Positions 19,897 through 29,003 of a stretch of 64,000 nucleotides of DNA are shown here, piece after piece. Below the pieces are notes generated by a model, which was not told where the DNA came from, did not search any database, and saw only the letters and a program-made list of their open reading frames with translations. This DNA comes from a virus (Duplodnaviria; Caudoviricetes): the IMG/VR virus record IMGVR_UViG_3300031555_003522, positions 32,001-96,000 of that record. One strand, 5' to 3'. The translations under genes and the position numbers were made by a program. Position 1 is the first letter of the stretch. The number at the start of each line of letters is the position of its first letter.

Positions 19897-20216
19897 ATGA
19901 ATTTAATCCTAATAGAAAAAGATTACCTATATGGCCTTCTGAATGTTATGGTAATACAAGGGATAAAAGAAAACATATCGAAGGTTATGAGGTTATTTAT
20001 TCATCTAACTTTCGCATTACAAGCATATTAAGAATTCTAAAGAAAGCACATAAGTTCGAATCTTCTGGAAAGGGATATGTGACTTTTGATAAAGCATTCG
20101 ATATCCATAATAAAAGACTCCCACTATATATCAATATGACTGTATTTATTAGAAAATCGCATATAGATACAACTGCAAAGCGTCATAATGAATTTATATG
20201 GTGGATAAAAAATTAA
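19893..20216 (+). CDS. Hypothetical basic protein
   Basis: ATGA overlap with upstream gene. Confidence 0.65.
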   Translation: MNEFNPNRKRLPIWPSECYGNTRDKRKHIEGYEVIYSSNFRITSILRILKKAHKFESSGKGYVTFDKAFDIHNKRLPLYINMTVFIRKSHIDTTAKRHNEFIWWIKN

Positions 20217-20228
20217 CTGAGGTATAAA

Positions 20229-20546
20229 ATGAGCAAATCAAGTATACGAATAGAAACCTATGTATATTTTGGTGTCGAAAGACACAGCATTCAATTCCAT
20301 ATTTCTGATGAATTTGATGAGGAAAAAATTAAGAAATGTAGATATCTATGTCAATATGTTATATCGAGTGCTACATGTGGCGGAATTGGTGCGCTTAATG
20401 GTGATTCCCTTACATTATCTTCTAATACATCACCAGTTATAATCCTAACAGGACTTACAAAAAAGGTAGTAAGAGAGCTTGCTGAATGCATTAAAAATAT
20501 TATAGATGCCGAGACAATAGAGGAGGTAGAAGTCGATGCAAGATGA
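20229..20546 (+). CDS. Hypothetical protein
   Basis: GAGGT SD. Confidence 0.65.
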   Translation: MSKSSIRIETYVYFGVERHSIQFHISDEFDEEKIKKCRYLCQYVISSATCGGIGALNGDSLTLSSNTSPVIILTGLTKKVVRELAECIKNIIDAETIEEVEVDAR

Positions 20547-20760
20547 AAAAGTAATTAGTCAGCCTATCAAAAGAATAGATAAGATATCTAAACTTCTAGA
20601 ACCGAATGAAAGAAAAATATCTACTTGCTATTTCTGTGGAATAAAAGGCAAATCAGCATATAAAGTGGATATAACCGATACTAATGTATCTCCGGTATCT
20701 TTCAAAGGTTCATGCTGTAGAAGATGCATGAAGGTAATTCCACGTAAAACTGTTGTATAA
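20536..20760 (+). CDS. Small zinc-finger protein
   Basis: CYFC...CRRC; GGAGG SD. Confidence 0.6.
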   Translation: MQDEKVISQPIKRIDKISKLLEPNERKISTCYFCGIKGKSAYKVDITDTNVSPVSFKGSCCRRCMKVIPRKTVV

Positions 20761-20846
20761 AGAAAAGGGTAAGAGGTTTTATACTTCTTACCCTTCTTTT
20801 TTTTTATTTTTATTAGCCCTTTAACTATTACAATAAGTATTTTAAG

Positions 20847-21674
20847 GTGGTGATTTTAGAAGTGGATATGACTTTTCAACAATACATAGATAATCCTATG
20901 GGAAAAAAGAATGCAGTATTCTCCCAAAGAGACCTGTATAAAACTATGTACGTAGAAAAATTTGACAAGTTACTTCTAAGAGAGGCTGGTAAAATAGATT
21001 ATACGTTATATATAGATAAAAAGAAGGATCGATATGCTATCCACATTAAAATACCTTCTGAAACTGTAAAAGATTTCTATTATGACGCAGTAATTCTATT
21101 TTATACAAACGATGCCGCATCTAATGCATCGCCCAACCTACAGGGGTACAAAGTCAAGTTTTTCTCTAATGACCCCGCATTTGTCTTTACTTATCTAAGA
21201 GTTTTTCTTAAGCATGATCTTTTCTTAGAAGACCTTAAGCCTAAAGCATCTAAACTTGCTTTGACCAAAGATCCTAAAGAAAAGAATCCTTATGAAGTTC
21301 CTGGATATAGCAAAATTCTCTATTTTGCATATCTTTATATGAAAGCAAAGAATCTGTTTGCTAAACATATGTATCAGTCATATGGGGTCCCGTATGACCC
21401 TAAAGTTTTGGTACAGAAAGTAGAGCATACAGATAAAAAGATTGCTGATAGACAAAGGCTTGGTGAAGAACAAGCCAAAGCTTCTGCTAGAGAGGCTAAA
21501 GCTCAGAGAATCGCGACCAATCAGTCTAGAAATCTGAGTTCCAAATCTGGCAATGTTATAGGAACAAAAAGAATTGGAGAAACACCTGGTAACGTGACGG
21601 CAACACGTAAAGTAGGTTCGGTAAAAACAACTAAACGAACACCGTTTAGTTCGTTTTCCTCAAAGAAGAAATGA
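20847..21674 (+). CDS. Hypothetical protein with basic low-complexity C-terminus
   Basis: 275-aa ORF (likely start ATG 20868). Confidence 0.75.
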   Translation: MVILEVDMTFQQYIDNPMGKKNAVFSQRDLYKTMYVEKFDKLLLREAGKIDYTLYIDKKKDRYAIHIKIPSETVKDFYYDAVILFYTNDAASNASPNLQGYKVKFFSNDPAFVFTYLRVFLKHDLFLEDLKPKASKLALTKDPKEKNPYEVPGYSKILYFAYLYMKAKNLFAKHMYQSYGVPYDPKVLVQKVEHTDKKIADRQRLGEEQAKASAREAKAQRIATNQSRNLSSKSGNVIGTKRIGETPGNVTATRKVGSVKTTKRTPFSSFSSKKK

Positions 21675-21678
21675 GCCA

Positions 21679-21686
21679 TATATTAT
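21679..21686 (+). promoter_or_regulatory. Early-type promoter motif TATATTAT (example)
   Basis: [T/C]ATATTAT recurs upstream of genes at 14972, 15929, 17871, 21679, 26095, 28480, 29283, 30668, 31481, 37724, 46888, 51526, 53053, 57567 (+) and 3569, 37693 (-); matches the early promoter type described for AR9/phiKZ. Confidence 0.7.
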
Positions 21687-21717
21687 ACTAGTGATCAATA
21701 TACAGGAGGTTAAAAAC

Positions 21718-24700
21718 ATGGGCCAACAAAAGGAATTAATGGAGGCTATGGAGTTCTTTGATCCCATACCATTTCAATATGTGGATGAATGGACACCTGG
21801 TCCGGACGATGAAGTCTTTAAAACTACTCGAGGCGCAATAATGTTAGATGTATCTGGTTTCTATGGGATGGAACCAAACCCACAGCTAGATGCATTTGTA
21901 TTGAGTGCTAAGAGGTCTTATAATAATCCTGATATGAGGACCCATACGTGCCATTACCTGAACTATTTTGAAAAATTCTATGATACTGATCACGAATTAC
22001 CAATGATTTATTGTAGATTAAAGTATCTCATTGATTGTGAACCTGCTTATAGTAGAGAGGCATTTATTTACGATCTTTATCGTTATATTATGCATGGATC
22101 TATCTATACAAAGGTTAGCTATATGAATGATGCTAACTACAGTCTATCATTAACCTATAAAAACGTGAAGAATCCTAATCTTCAATATAGTGATTGAGAA
22201 CAGTCACCTCGATATAGAAATATAGCGAGTAAAACTCCTCTAATTGCTGGAAACTCGTAAAGCTCATCTGCTACGGATATGGGAAACGAAAAAGGGAGTA
22301 CCTATCCTACAGAGACGAAAGTCAGAAACAAGTGATGAGATGATCTATGAGGAAACTCTAAGGGTTTAGCCATCAATCGACAACCAGCAGCCAAGCAAAT
22401 TAAGCTACGCAAACTAGCTTCGGATTATTTTAAACATATATTCGCCGGTATGATGGAATTGGTAAGACATAAGAGACTTAAAATCTCTCGGATTAAGTTC
22501 CGTACCGGTTCGAGTCCGGTTACCGGCACCAACCTATTTATAGATTCTGTGGTTATGAATCTATACCAAAATATAATCCACATACTTAACCAGCGTAGCC
22601 AAGTTGAAGGTTCAACGACTATCGAAAGGATAGTGCGACATGCTTGCAACGCATGTGCATGAATAACCGAGTAGAGTAGGGCTCGAGCGAGCTCGAAATG
22701 GGGAGCACCTTAGCGGATAAGTGCCGAAGGTGAAGATATAGTCTGGACTATGGGTAATGCCTATAGAAGTTCATTAAAGAACTGCGCACCAAAAGCGACG
22801 TGCGTGAACATCTCGAGGCATGGACGGATAATGATGAAAGTATCAGTCCTCATGAATATAATTATCCCTCTTATGTGTCATTTTATGTATGCGCGTAAGA
22901 TTGATAATACAACTGAGTTTATTCTCGCTGTCTACGACGTACTTATTGATCAGTATGACGTAGATATATACAATAAGCTGTACGAAACGGCTATCTCTAA
23001 TGTCTTACGTACAGCAAAAAGAAATCAAGCAATCTGGAATATGCAAGATATTCGTGGTATCAATACTAGTATCCACAGTCTACAGTCAGTACAGAATGTC
23101 TTGATAAATATAATGCCTTAACCAAACTAGGGCCATATGATAGCAATATCATATAGCAAACTCCTTTAATTGCTGGGAACTCTCACTGAGACAATCAGCA
23201 GCGAAGCCTCTATATGGGGAACGTTCAACGACTATCGAAAGGATAATGTAAGAGAAATACTTACATGAATAACCGAGTAGAGTAGGATTTATGTCCGAAA
23301 TGGGGAGCATCTTAAATATGGTAATAGTATTTGAGATGAAGATATAGTCTACTCCTTGCAGCGATGTAAGGTATACAGGAAATATAGGTACGATGGAAAT
23401 TTGTGACAAAGTTTCCTCATGTGGGAACACATGATCCAACAAGCTCTCTAATTGCTGGGAACTCTCACTGAGACAATCAGCAGCGAAGCCTCTATATGAG
23501 GAACGTTCAACGACTAGTCGAAAGACGTAGGTTCAAGCGAACCGAAATGGGAGCCACCCCAATGCTTAATAAATAAGTAATGGGTGAAGATATAGTCTGG
23601 TCTGCATGGCAACATGCAGTAGTTCATAAGAGAACAGTGTAAGATTAGCGATCTTACACGAACAACCGCTTGTCCATCTCAACTACAAGTCAATTTTACG
23701 AAATACTGGATTTCAGGTTCTGGATAATCATTTAAATGTCCACATACATGGTAACATGTATAGTAAAACTTCTTTAATTGCTGGAAGGCTAAACTTGATT
23801 AAGCAAGCATGCTAATCAGCAGCCAAGATGTTAATTTAATGATTCGGAGAGTATCTAAAATGATGACTTATGATTTTTCCAATTATTCTTATAATGGACT
23901 TCAAGTCCCTATAGAATTTTGGAAACCCATTACAGAAGAAATGGTTCCAAATGTGAAACCAATATACTTTGTAAGTAATATAGGAAATATTTATAATTCT
24001 GAGAATAATAAATATTCTATAATTACACTAAAAGCTGGTAGATATGTACAGGTTAGTCTTCGTACTAAAGATGGAGGACAAATCTGTATTCATATTCATA
24101 GATTAGTGGCCATGGCATTTCATGGAATGCCACCATCTAAAGACCATGAAGTAGATCATGTAAATTGCGATAAAACCTGTAATTTTGAGGGTAATCTTGA
24201 ATGGGTAACCCCAAAAGAAAATATAAATAGAGCTTGCATAAATAATTTGATTAGGATGGGTGAAGATAATTATAGAGCTATCTTAACCAATGATGATGTA
24301 ACTCATTTATGTGAATTACTAATGCAATCCATTCCTATCTCTAAAATATGTACTATGATGGAAGAGTATATCTATCCTAGAGTATATAGCAGCGGATTTA
24401 AAGGCTTAATAGGTCATATATTATGTGGAGATGTATGGAAAGAAATCGCAAGTCAATACAATTTTCCAGATTACGGTAGATTAAATTTTACCGATGATCA
24501 AGTTCGTATAATATGCGAATGCCTGAGCAGACAGGAACGATATATAGACATTCTTGATAAACTCGGTATGAGCAACTGTACAGAGCAGGAATTGAAGAGA
24601 CTAAAAGAGACTATATATAAGATCAAAGCAGGTAAGTCTTATGCTAATATTTCTTGTAATTACAATATTACAAGAAATAAGAGTTATATACTTACAAATA

Positions 24701-26029
24701 ATGAAGTTGATAGTATATGTAGGCAAGTAGCTCTTGGTATTGATAGAAAGGAAATAGTAAAATCCTTAGGCGAGCGTGGTAATGATAGAAAGGTAAAACA
24801 AGCAGCATATGATATATGTAATGGTATCTGCCATAAAAAAGAAGTCAATTATTATAGATCTCAATTAACAGAAGGTTCAACGACTATCGAAAAGGATCCT
24901 AATAAGGATTAACTGAGTAGAGTAGGGCTCAAGCGAGTTCGAAATGGGAAGGGTCCACTAAAGTGGATCGTGATATAGTCTCAACTGTATGGAAACATGC
25001 AGAAGTTCATAGGAGAACTGCATAGGAGTTGCGATCCTATGTGAAGGTAATGATAGAATATGAATTCAGCTTCGTATCTCTTTCCTCAAGTCGCAGAGAC
25101 GAGGATCTTAATTCTGAATTTGATAAATTTGAGTCAACTTAAGAAAAGGCTCCTTGTTATAGAAATATAGCAAGCAAACCTCTTGAATTGCTGGGAACTC
25201 TTAATGCCTATCTGCCTATATGGAGACGAAAGTCAGAAACAAGTGATGGGATGATCTATGGGGAAACCCTAATGATTTTGATAATAGATAATCAGCAGCG
25301 AAGCCTCTTATTGAGAGGAACGTTCAACGACTATCGAAAGGCATCTATAGGATGAACCGAGTAGAGTAGGATATTTATATATCCGAAGTGGGAGGTACCT
25401 GACCGAGTAATGTCGAAGGTAATGATATAGTCTACTGAATAAGAACAGCTTTTCTTAATAAAGCAGATGAGCAGCTTCTGGTTCAGCATAATTGCGCTGC
25501 TAGAGATGCTATGACTATGATTGAAATGATGTATGGTCCTTTTGATGAGGAAGAAATATTGTTCTATAAACATCGTCTTGCAGATGGTGGGAAATGTACA
25601 ATCAATGCGTTCCAGAGAGACCTCATCTTCAATCTATTCTTTAAGTATTTTGGTGATACTGCTAGCTTAAATGCTATTAACTTCGATGACTATGTCAAGT
25701 TAATTATGGCATCCAGAAGAATTCTTGAAGCTTCTGGAATGGTATTATTGCCCTATATTGTAAGCTCTAAGATTGTTCGTCTTGCTAGCCGCAAGAGTGT
25801 GAACAAGAAAGAGCTTACCAAATTAGAATCTTCTCCCCTATGGGAAAAGATCAAAGATAAGTATAAGAATGATAAAATTGAGAAACACATACTTGGTATG
25901 ATTGCTGTCATATTAAGTAGTGACTTCGAGATCATTGATCCGGAAGATCTGGAGCTTGATGGCCAAGCTATTACAGTGATTCCTGAACTGATCTGTGAAG
26001 AAATTCTCATGTATATTAGTCTTATCTAA
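21718..26029 (+). CDS. Non-virion RNAP sigma-like promoter-specificity subunit (AR9 gp226/phiKZ gp68 type), spliced: join(21718..22194,22816..23118,23380..23400,23669..23725,25053..25134,25449..26029), ~506 aa
   Basis: All five 5' splice sites end in U paired to G in a P1 helix, all 3' sites end in G, and the exons join in frame (NLQYSD|RHGRIMM, INIMP|KYRYDGN|LVHLNY, FQVLD|IEYEF, DKFE-S-FLNKAD). Motifs KRSYNN, SVLMNIIIPLMCHF, YNKLYE, EEILMYISLI match my recollection of AR9 gp226 (not verified by search). Confidence 0.8.
22195..22815 (+). mobile_element. Group I intron 1 (contains tRNA-Leu in P6 extension)
   Basis: P1 gtgat/gtcac; core motifs taattgctgg, accagcagccaag, gaaggttcaacgacta, gaagatatagtct; terminal G22815. 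Confidence 0.9.
22444..22531 (+). tRNA. trnL: tRNA-Leu (anticodon TAA), 88 nt, CCA encoded
   Basis: Acceptor GCCGGTA/TACCGGC-A-CCA; anticodon arm agaga-ctTAAaa-tctct; long variable arm; T-arm accgg-ttcgagt-ccggt. Confidence 0.93.
23119..23379 (+). mobile_element. Group I intron 2 (261 nt, no ORF)
   Basis: P1 gcct/gggc; taattgctggg, aatcagcagcgaag, gttcaacgacta, gaagatatagtct; terminal G23379. Confidence 0.88.
23401..23668 (+). mobile_element. Group I intron 3 (268 nt, no ORF)
   Basis: P1 ggaaat/gtttcc; P10 gacaa:ttgtc with 3' exon; same core motifs; terminal G23668. Confidence 0.9.
23726..25052 (+). mobile_element. Group I intron 4 carrying HNH homing endonuclease in P6
   Basis: P1 tggat/gtcca; aatcagcagccaag ... 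ORF ... gaaggttcaacgacta; gatatagtct; terminal G25052. Confidence 0.9.
23860..24912 (+). CDS. Intron-encoded NUMOD4/HNH homing endonuclease with three C-terminal helical repeats
   Basis: EFWKPI..YFVSNIGNI, HIHRLVAMAF..VDHVNCDKTCNFEGNLEWVTPKEN; repeats ILTNDDV/FTDDQV/ILTNNEV..IC; GGAG SD before ATG 23860; 3' end overlaps the intron core. Confidence 0.9.
   Translation: MMTYDFSNYSYNGLQVPIEFWKPITEEMVPNVKPIYFVSNIGNIYNSENNKYSIITLKAGRYVQVSLRTKDGGQICIHIHRLVAMAFHGMPPSKDHEVDHVNCDKTCNFEGNLEWVTPKENINRACINNLIRMGEDNYRAILTNDDVTHLCELLMQSIPISKICTMMEEYIYPRVYSSGFKGLIGHILCGDVWKEIASQYNFPDYGRLNFTDDQVRIICECLSRQERYIDILDKLGMSNCTEQELKRLKETIYKIKAGKSYANISCNYNITRNKSYILTNNEVDSICRQVALGIDRKEIVKSLGERGNDRKVKQAAYDICNGICHKKEVNYYRSQLTEGSTTIEKDPNKD
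25135..25448 (+). mobile_element. Group I intron 5 (314 nt, phase 1)
   Basis: P1 gagt/gctc; perfect 10-bp P10 ttaagaaaag:cttttcttaa with 3' exon; core motifs; terminal G25448 restores the frame of ORF 25511. Confidence 0.92.
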
Positions 26030-26152
26030 TCATATAAGGAGTGAGAGAAATCTCACTCCTTATTTTTTTTTGTAATAATTAGACAATACAAAAATATATT
26101 ATAATATTGAGCAACCTATAACAAATAAATATATTTTAAAAGGAGAGATAAT

Positions 26153-26506
26153 ATGAACAGCAAGAAAAATCATATCTTTCTAGACTTGGAAGGTACACCT
26201 GATAGAGAAGATGCTATCTGCTTAAGACATGGACATGGACACTATGCATATGTATCCACTACAGATGAATTTGTTTATAATCTTTTTAAGGATATCTGTA
26301 TGTGGGGCGGATCTACCAGTACATATGAAACCAAAGATGGCTATTTCTATAGCCAATTCGAACTTGATTGTAGAGATAAGACTTTCTTTAGGTCAGATTC
26401 CTTCAAGAAAATTTGTCAGAAGCATAATATTAAGCTAACTATTTTCGAAAATGGAGATGACAGTAAGATTATTAGAGACTTTTGGGAACAGATGAAAAAG
26501 CATTAA
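26153..26506 (+). CDS. Hypothetical early protein
   Basis: AAGGAG SD, early motif 26095, flanked by terminators. Confidence 0.7.
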   Translation: MNSKKNHIFLDLEGTPDREDAICLRHGHGHYAYVSTTDEFVYNLFKDICMWGGSTSTYETKDGYFYSQFELDCRDKTFFRSDSFKKICQKHNIKLTIFENGDDSKIIRDFWEQMKKH

Positions 26507-26628
26507 ATAAGGTGGAATCAATTTCCACCTTATTTTTTTTTTTGACTGTCTAAAATAGTGGTTTTAGACCACTTTCGTCACAAAAAAGAAAAACGAAATA
26601 ATAAAGAAACCCGAAAGGAGAAAAATAA

Positions 26629-27597
26629 ATGATTTATTCTATTACCGAAGGCCAGCAGGCTGAAGAATATAAAGCTAGAAAGGCTAAAGAGGCTGAAGAA
26701 CATATTGCAAAAAATACAAGTAGATCTGAAACTGATTCTCTTGGAGATGGAATTATAAATTCACATTTTGTTGGGAATAAGACTAAAATACTTGATGATA
26801 AGAAAGGGCATTTTAAATTTAGCCATACGGATACTCGACGAAGAGAGATGGCTATGAATAAAGTAGTGGATGAAACTAAAAGAAGAAATGATAAAGCACT
26901 TCAAAATTTTACTCCTATAAATAATAGAAATGCGGATAATCTGCTTAGTGATAAATATTTTGGGGTTGCTGTTGATGCTGTAAATCGTCATATGCGGCGT
27001 CATCCTGATCAATATAAAGAATCTTTTTTACTTACAGAAGAAGATGCCGATGAATTCTTAGAATCTATCGGTGTAACTTTATATGAAGACTATGTTACTA
27101 TTGGAGAATGTTCCATTCCTGGAGTGGAAGCTGAAGCTATTCTGGAAGAGCACGGTATCTTCTTATGTGAAGAAGGTATCATTATCGAAGGTGAACAGGC
27201 TGAAGAATATAAGGCTAGAAAAGCAAAAGAAAAAGAAGATGCTAAGCAAGCTGATGATGATCGTTTTATGAGGAGATACATGCCTAGAATAGATGAAAAA
27301 GGACGTCAACATAACGATCCCGGAGATAAGACTATTGGATATGGGCATGGTAGTGATGATTTCGATAGAGCTATGAAAGCACACGATATGGCTAATCGCG
27401 AATATAATAGGCGGACCATTGCTATGATGAATTCTAAGTTACGTGGTGATGATAAACAAACTGTTCGACAAAAAGAAAAAGAATGGCTGAAATCTGTTGG
27501 TGAGACACCTAGAGATGCTGCTAATCGTCATATGCGTCGTCATCCTAAACAGTATAAAGAATCTTGTGGTATTTTCTCTAATGTAGCATTTATCTAA
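26629..27597 (+). CDS. Late modular protein (two basic cargo modules), MIYSITE N-tag and ESCGIFSNVAFI C-tag; probable internal head protein
   Basis: Internal duplication EG[QE]QAEEYKARKAKE...A[VA]NRHMRRHP.QYKES; late promoter AACG-N6-TA 26592-26603. Confidence 0.75.
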   Translation: MIYSITEGQQAEEYKARKAKEAEEHIAKNTSRSETDSLGDGIINSHFVGNKTKILDDKKGHFKFSHTDTRRREMAMNKVVDETKRRNDKALQNFTPINNRNADNLLSDKYFGVAVDAVNRHMRRHPDQYKESFLLTEEDADEFLESIGVTLYEDYVTIGECSIPGVEAEAILEEHGIFLCEEGIIIEGEQAEEYKARKAKEKEDAKQADDDRFMRRYMPRIDEKGRQHNDPGDKTIGYGHGSDDFDRAMKAHDMANREYNRRTIAMMNSKLRGDDKQTVRQKEKEWLKSVGETPRDAANRHMRRHPKQYKESCGIFSNVAFI

Positions 27598-27732
27598 TTT
27601 ATATAAGGAGTGAGATAATTCTCACTCCTTATTTTATTTTCATTTGATAGTATAAAATGCCTATTTTAGACCACTTTTACCACAAAAAAAAAACGAAATA
27701 ATAATACTATACTCGAAAGTGAGGAAATTATA

Positions 27733-28434
27733 ATGGAAAGAATTATTCTTACTGAAGCCGATGCCGATGAATTCTTAGAATCTATTGGTGTCACTTTATA
27801 TGAAAAGGCTATGAATATTGGAGGAAATATTGTATTTGGAGTAGACGGCCAAGAGGCCCTTCAAGAATATGGTATCTTCTTATATGAAGATTATATTTTG
27901 GTTGAAGGTGAGCAAGCTGAGGCTTACAAAGCTAAAAAGGCTAAAGAAAAAGAAGAAGAATCTAAAAAATATGATAAATATGATAATGATAATTTTAAAG
28001 ATTCTGCCCCAAAATTTATGAAGGGTTCTAGAGCAAATAATAGTGTAGGAAATCAAGCTAGTTTAAAACAGATTGATATCAAGGATATTAAAGGGTCTAC
28101 TAAAAAATATAGCGATACTAGATCTAATGACAGTATTAGGCGGCAGTATGCTTCGGATATAGTAGAAAAAGATAGATTAAATAGAAACCCTCAATATAGC
28201 GGAAAAGGAATAACTATTAGAACTTCTGATGGTAAACCTAGTTCATGGACTTTAGAAAGAGATTATAGAAAAGGAGCAATCAATCAAAATCCTCTTTATG
28301 ATAAATATTTCGATGATAAAGATAAAAGAATAGCATATTTTGCAGCTAAAGATGCTGCAAATAGACATTTACGTAGGCATACTAAGACGGTAAAAGAATC
28401 TTGTGGTATCTTCTCTAATGTAGCTTTTATCTAA
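27733..28434 (+). CDS. Paralog of 26629..27597 (one cargo module, same C-tag)
   Basis: LTE.DADEFLESIGVTLYE, EGEQAEAYKAKKAKE, DAANRHLRRH, ESCGIFSNVAFI; same upstream element. Confidence 0.78.
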   Translation: MERIILTEADADEFLESIGVTLYEKAMNIGGNIVFGVDGQEALQEYGIFLYEDYILVEGEQAEAYKAKKAKEKEEESKKYDKYDNDNFKDSAPKFMKGSRANNSVGNQASLKQIDIKDIKGSTKKYSDTRSNDSIRRQYASDIVEKDRLNRNPQYSGKGITIRTSDGKPSSWTLERDYRKGAINQNPLYDKYFDDKDKRIAYFAAKDAANRHLRRHTKTVKESCGIFSNVAFI

Positions 28435-28541
28435 TTTATATAGGAGGAATTTATTTCCTCCTATATTTTCTTTTATATGTATATTATAAATATGAGCAAA
28501 ACAAAAACATAAAATTCTATTAATGAAAGGAAACAGCTAAT

Positions 28542-28958
28542 ATGAATACGAATTTTAATAATTCTAATATTTCTAGCGATGAAATTATTGAAAACGCTAG
28601 AAAGGAACTACTTGGGGCTCCTCAAATAAATATTTCTCAAATAAATTTTATAGATGAATTAAACAAAATACTATTAGGACGACATGAATGCCTTAAGGTT
28701 ATAGAGGATACTATTGAAAATAATAGTACATTATTCAAATTCTTTGTATCAGCTAATTTTAAAGCAGATGACTCTGTTGGATCTGTTTTTAGAATTGCAT
28801 TGGAAAATATGGCAAATATCATACACGAATACGATACAGTAGCCAGAGATATTAGCGATCAGACGTTATTAAATAGAATAAGAGAACTGGAGATGAAGAA
28901 TAAAGAGCTTCAAAATGCTCTCGATCAAATTGCTAAAATATTTGGAGTAATTAAATAA
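28542..28958 (+). CDS. Hypothetical protein with C-terminal coiled coil
   Basis: AAGGA SD, early motif 28480. Confidence 0.65.
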   Translation: MNTNFNNSNISSDEIIENARKELLGAPQINISQINFIDELNKILLGRHECLKVIEDTIENNSTLFKFFVSANFKADDSVGSVFRIALENMANIIHEYDTVARDISDQTLLNRIRELEMKNKELQNALDQIAKIFGVIK

Positions 28959-29003
28959 ATTTAAAATTGTAGATTATAATATGGATTGGAAGGAGAAATT
29001 TAC

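Noticed and set aside
22532-22590. HDV-like (theta) ribozyme after the tRNA-Leu
   Set aside because: A hairpin with possible loop pairing (tgtgg:ccaca) is present, but I could not build the nested double pseudoknot; the pairing with 22422-22428 fits a P6 extension better
22425-23442. ORFs 22425..22649, 22450..22662, 23149..23442 and the first 22 codons of 22750..23121
   Set aside because: They overlap tRNA or intron core sequence; incidental frames
22195-25448. Stop-codon reassignment or readthrough explaining the broken gene
   Set aside because: The stops fall at or just after intron 5' ends, and TAA, TAG and TGA all terminate ordinary genes in the window
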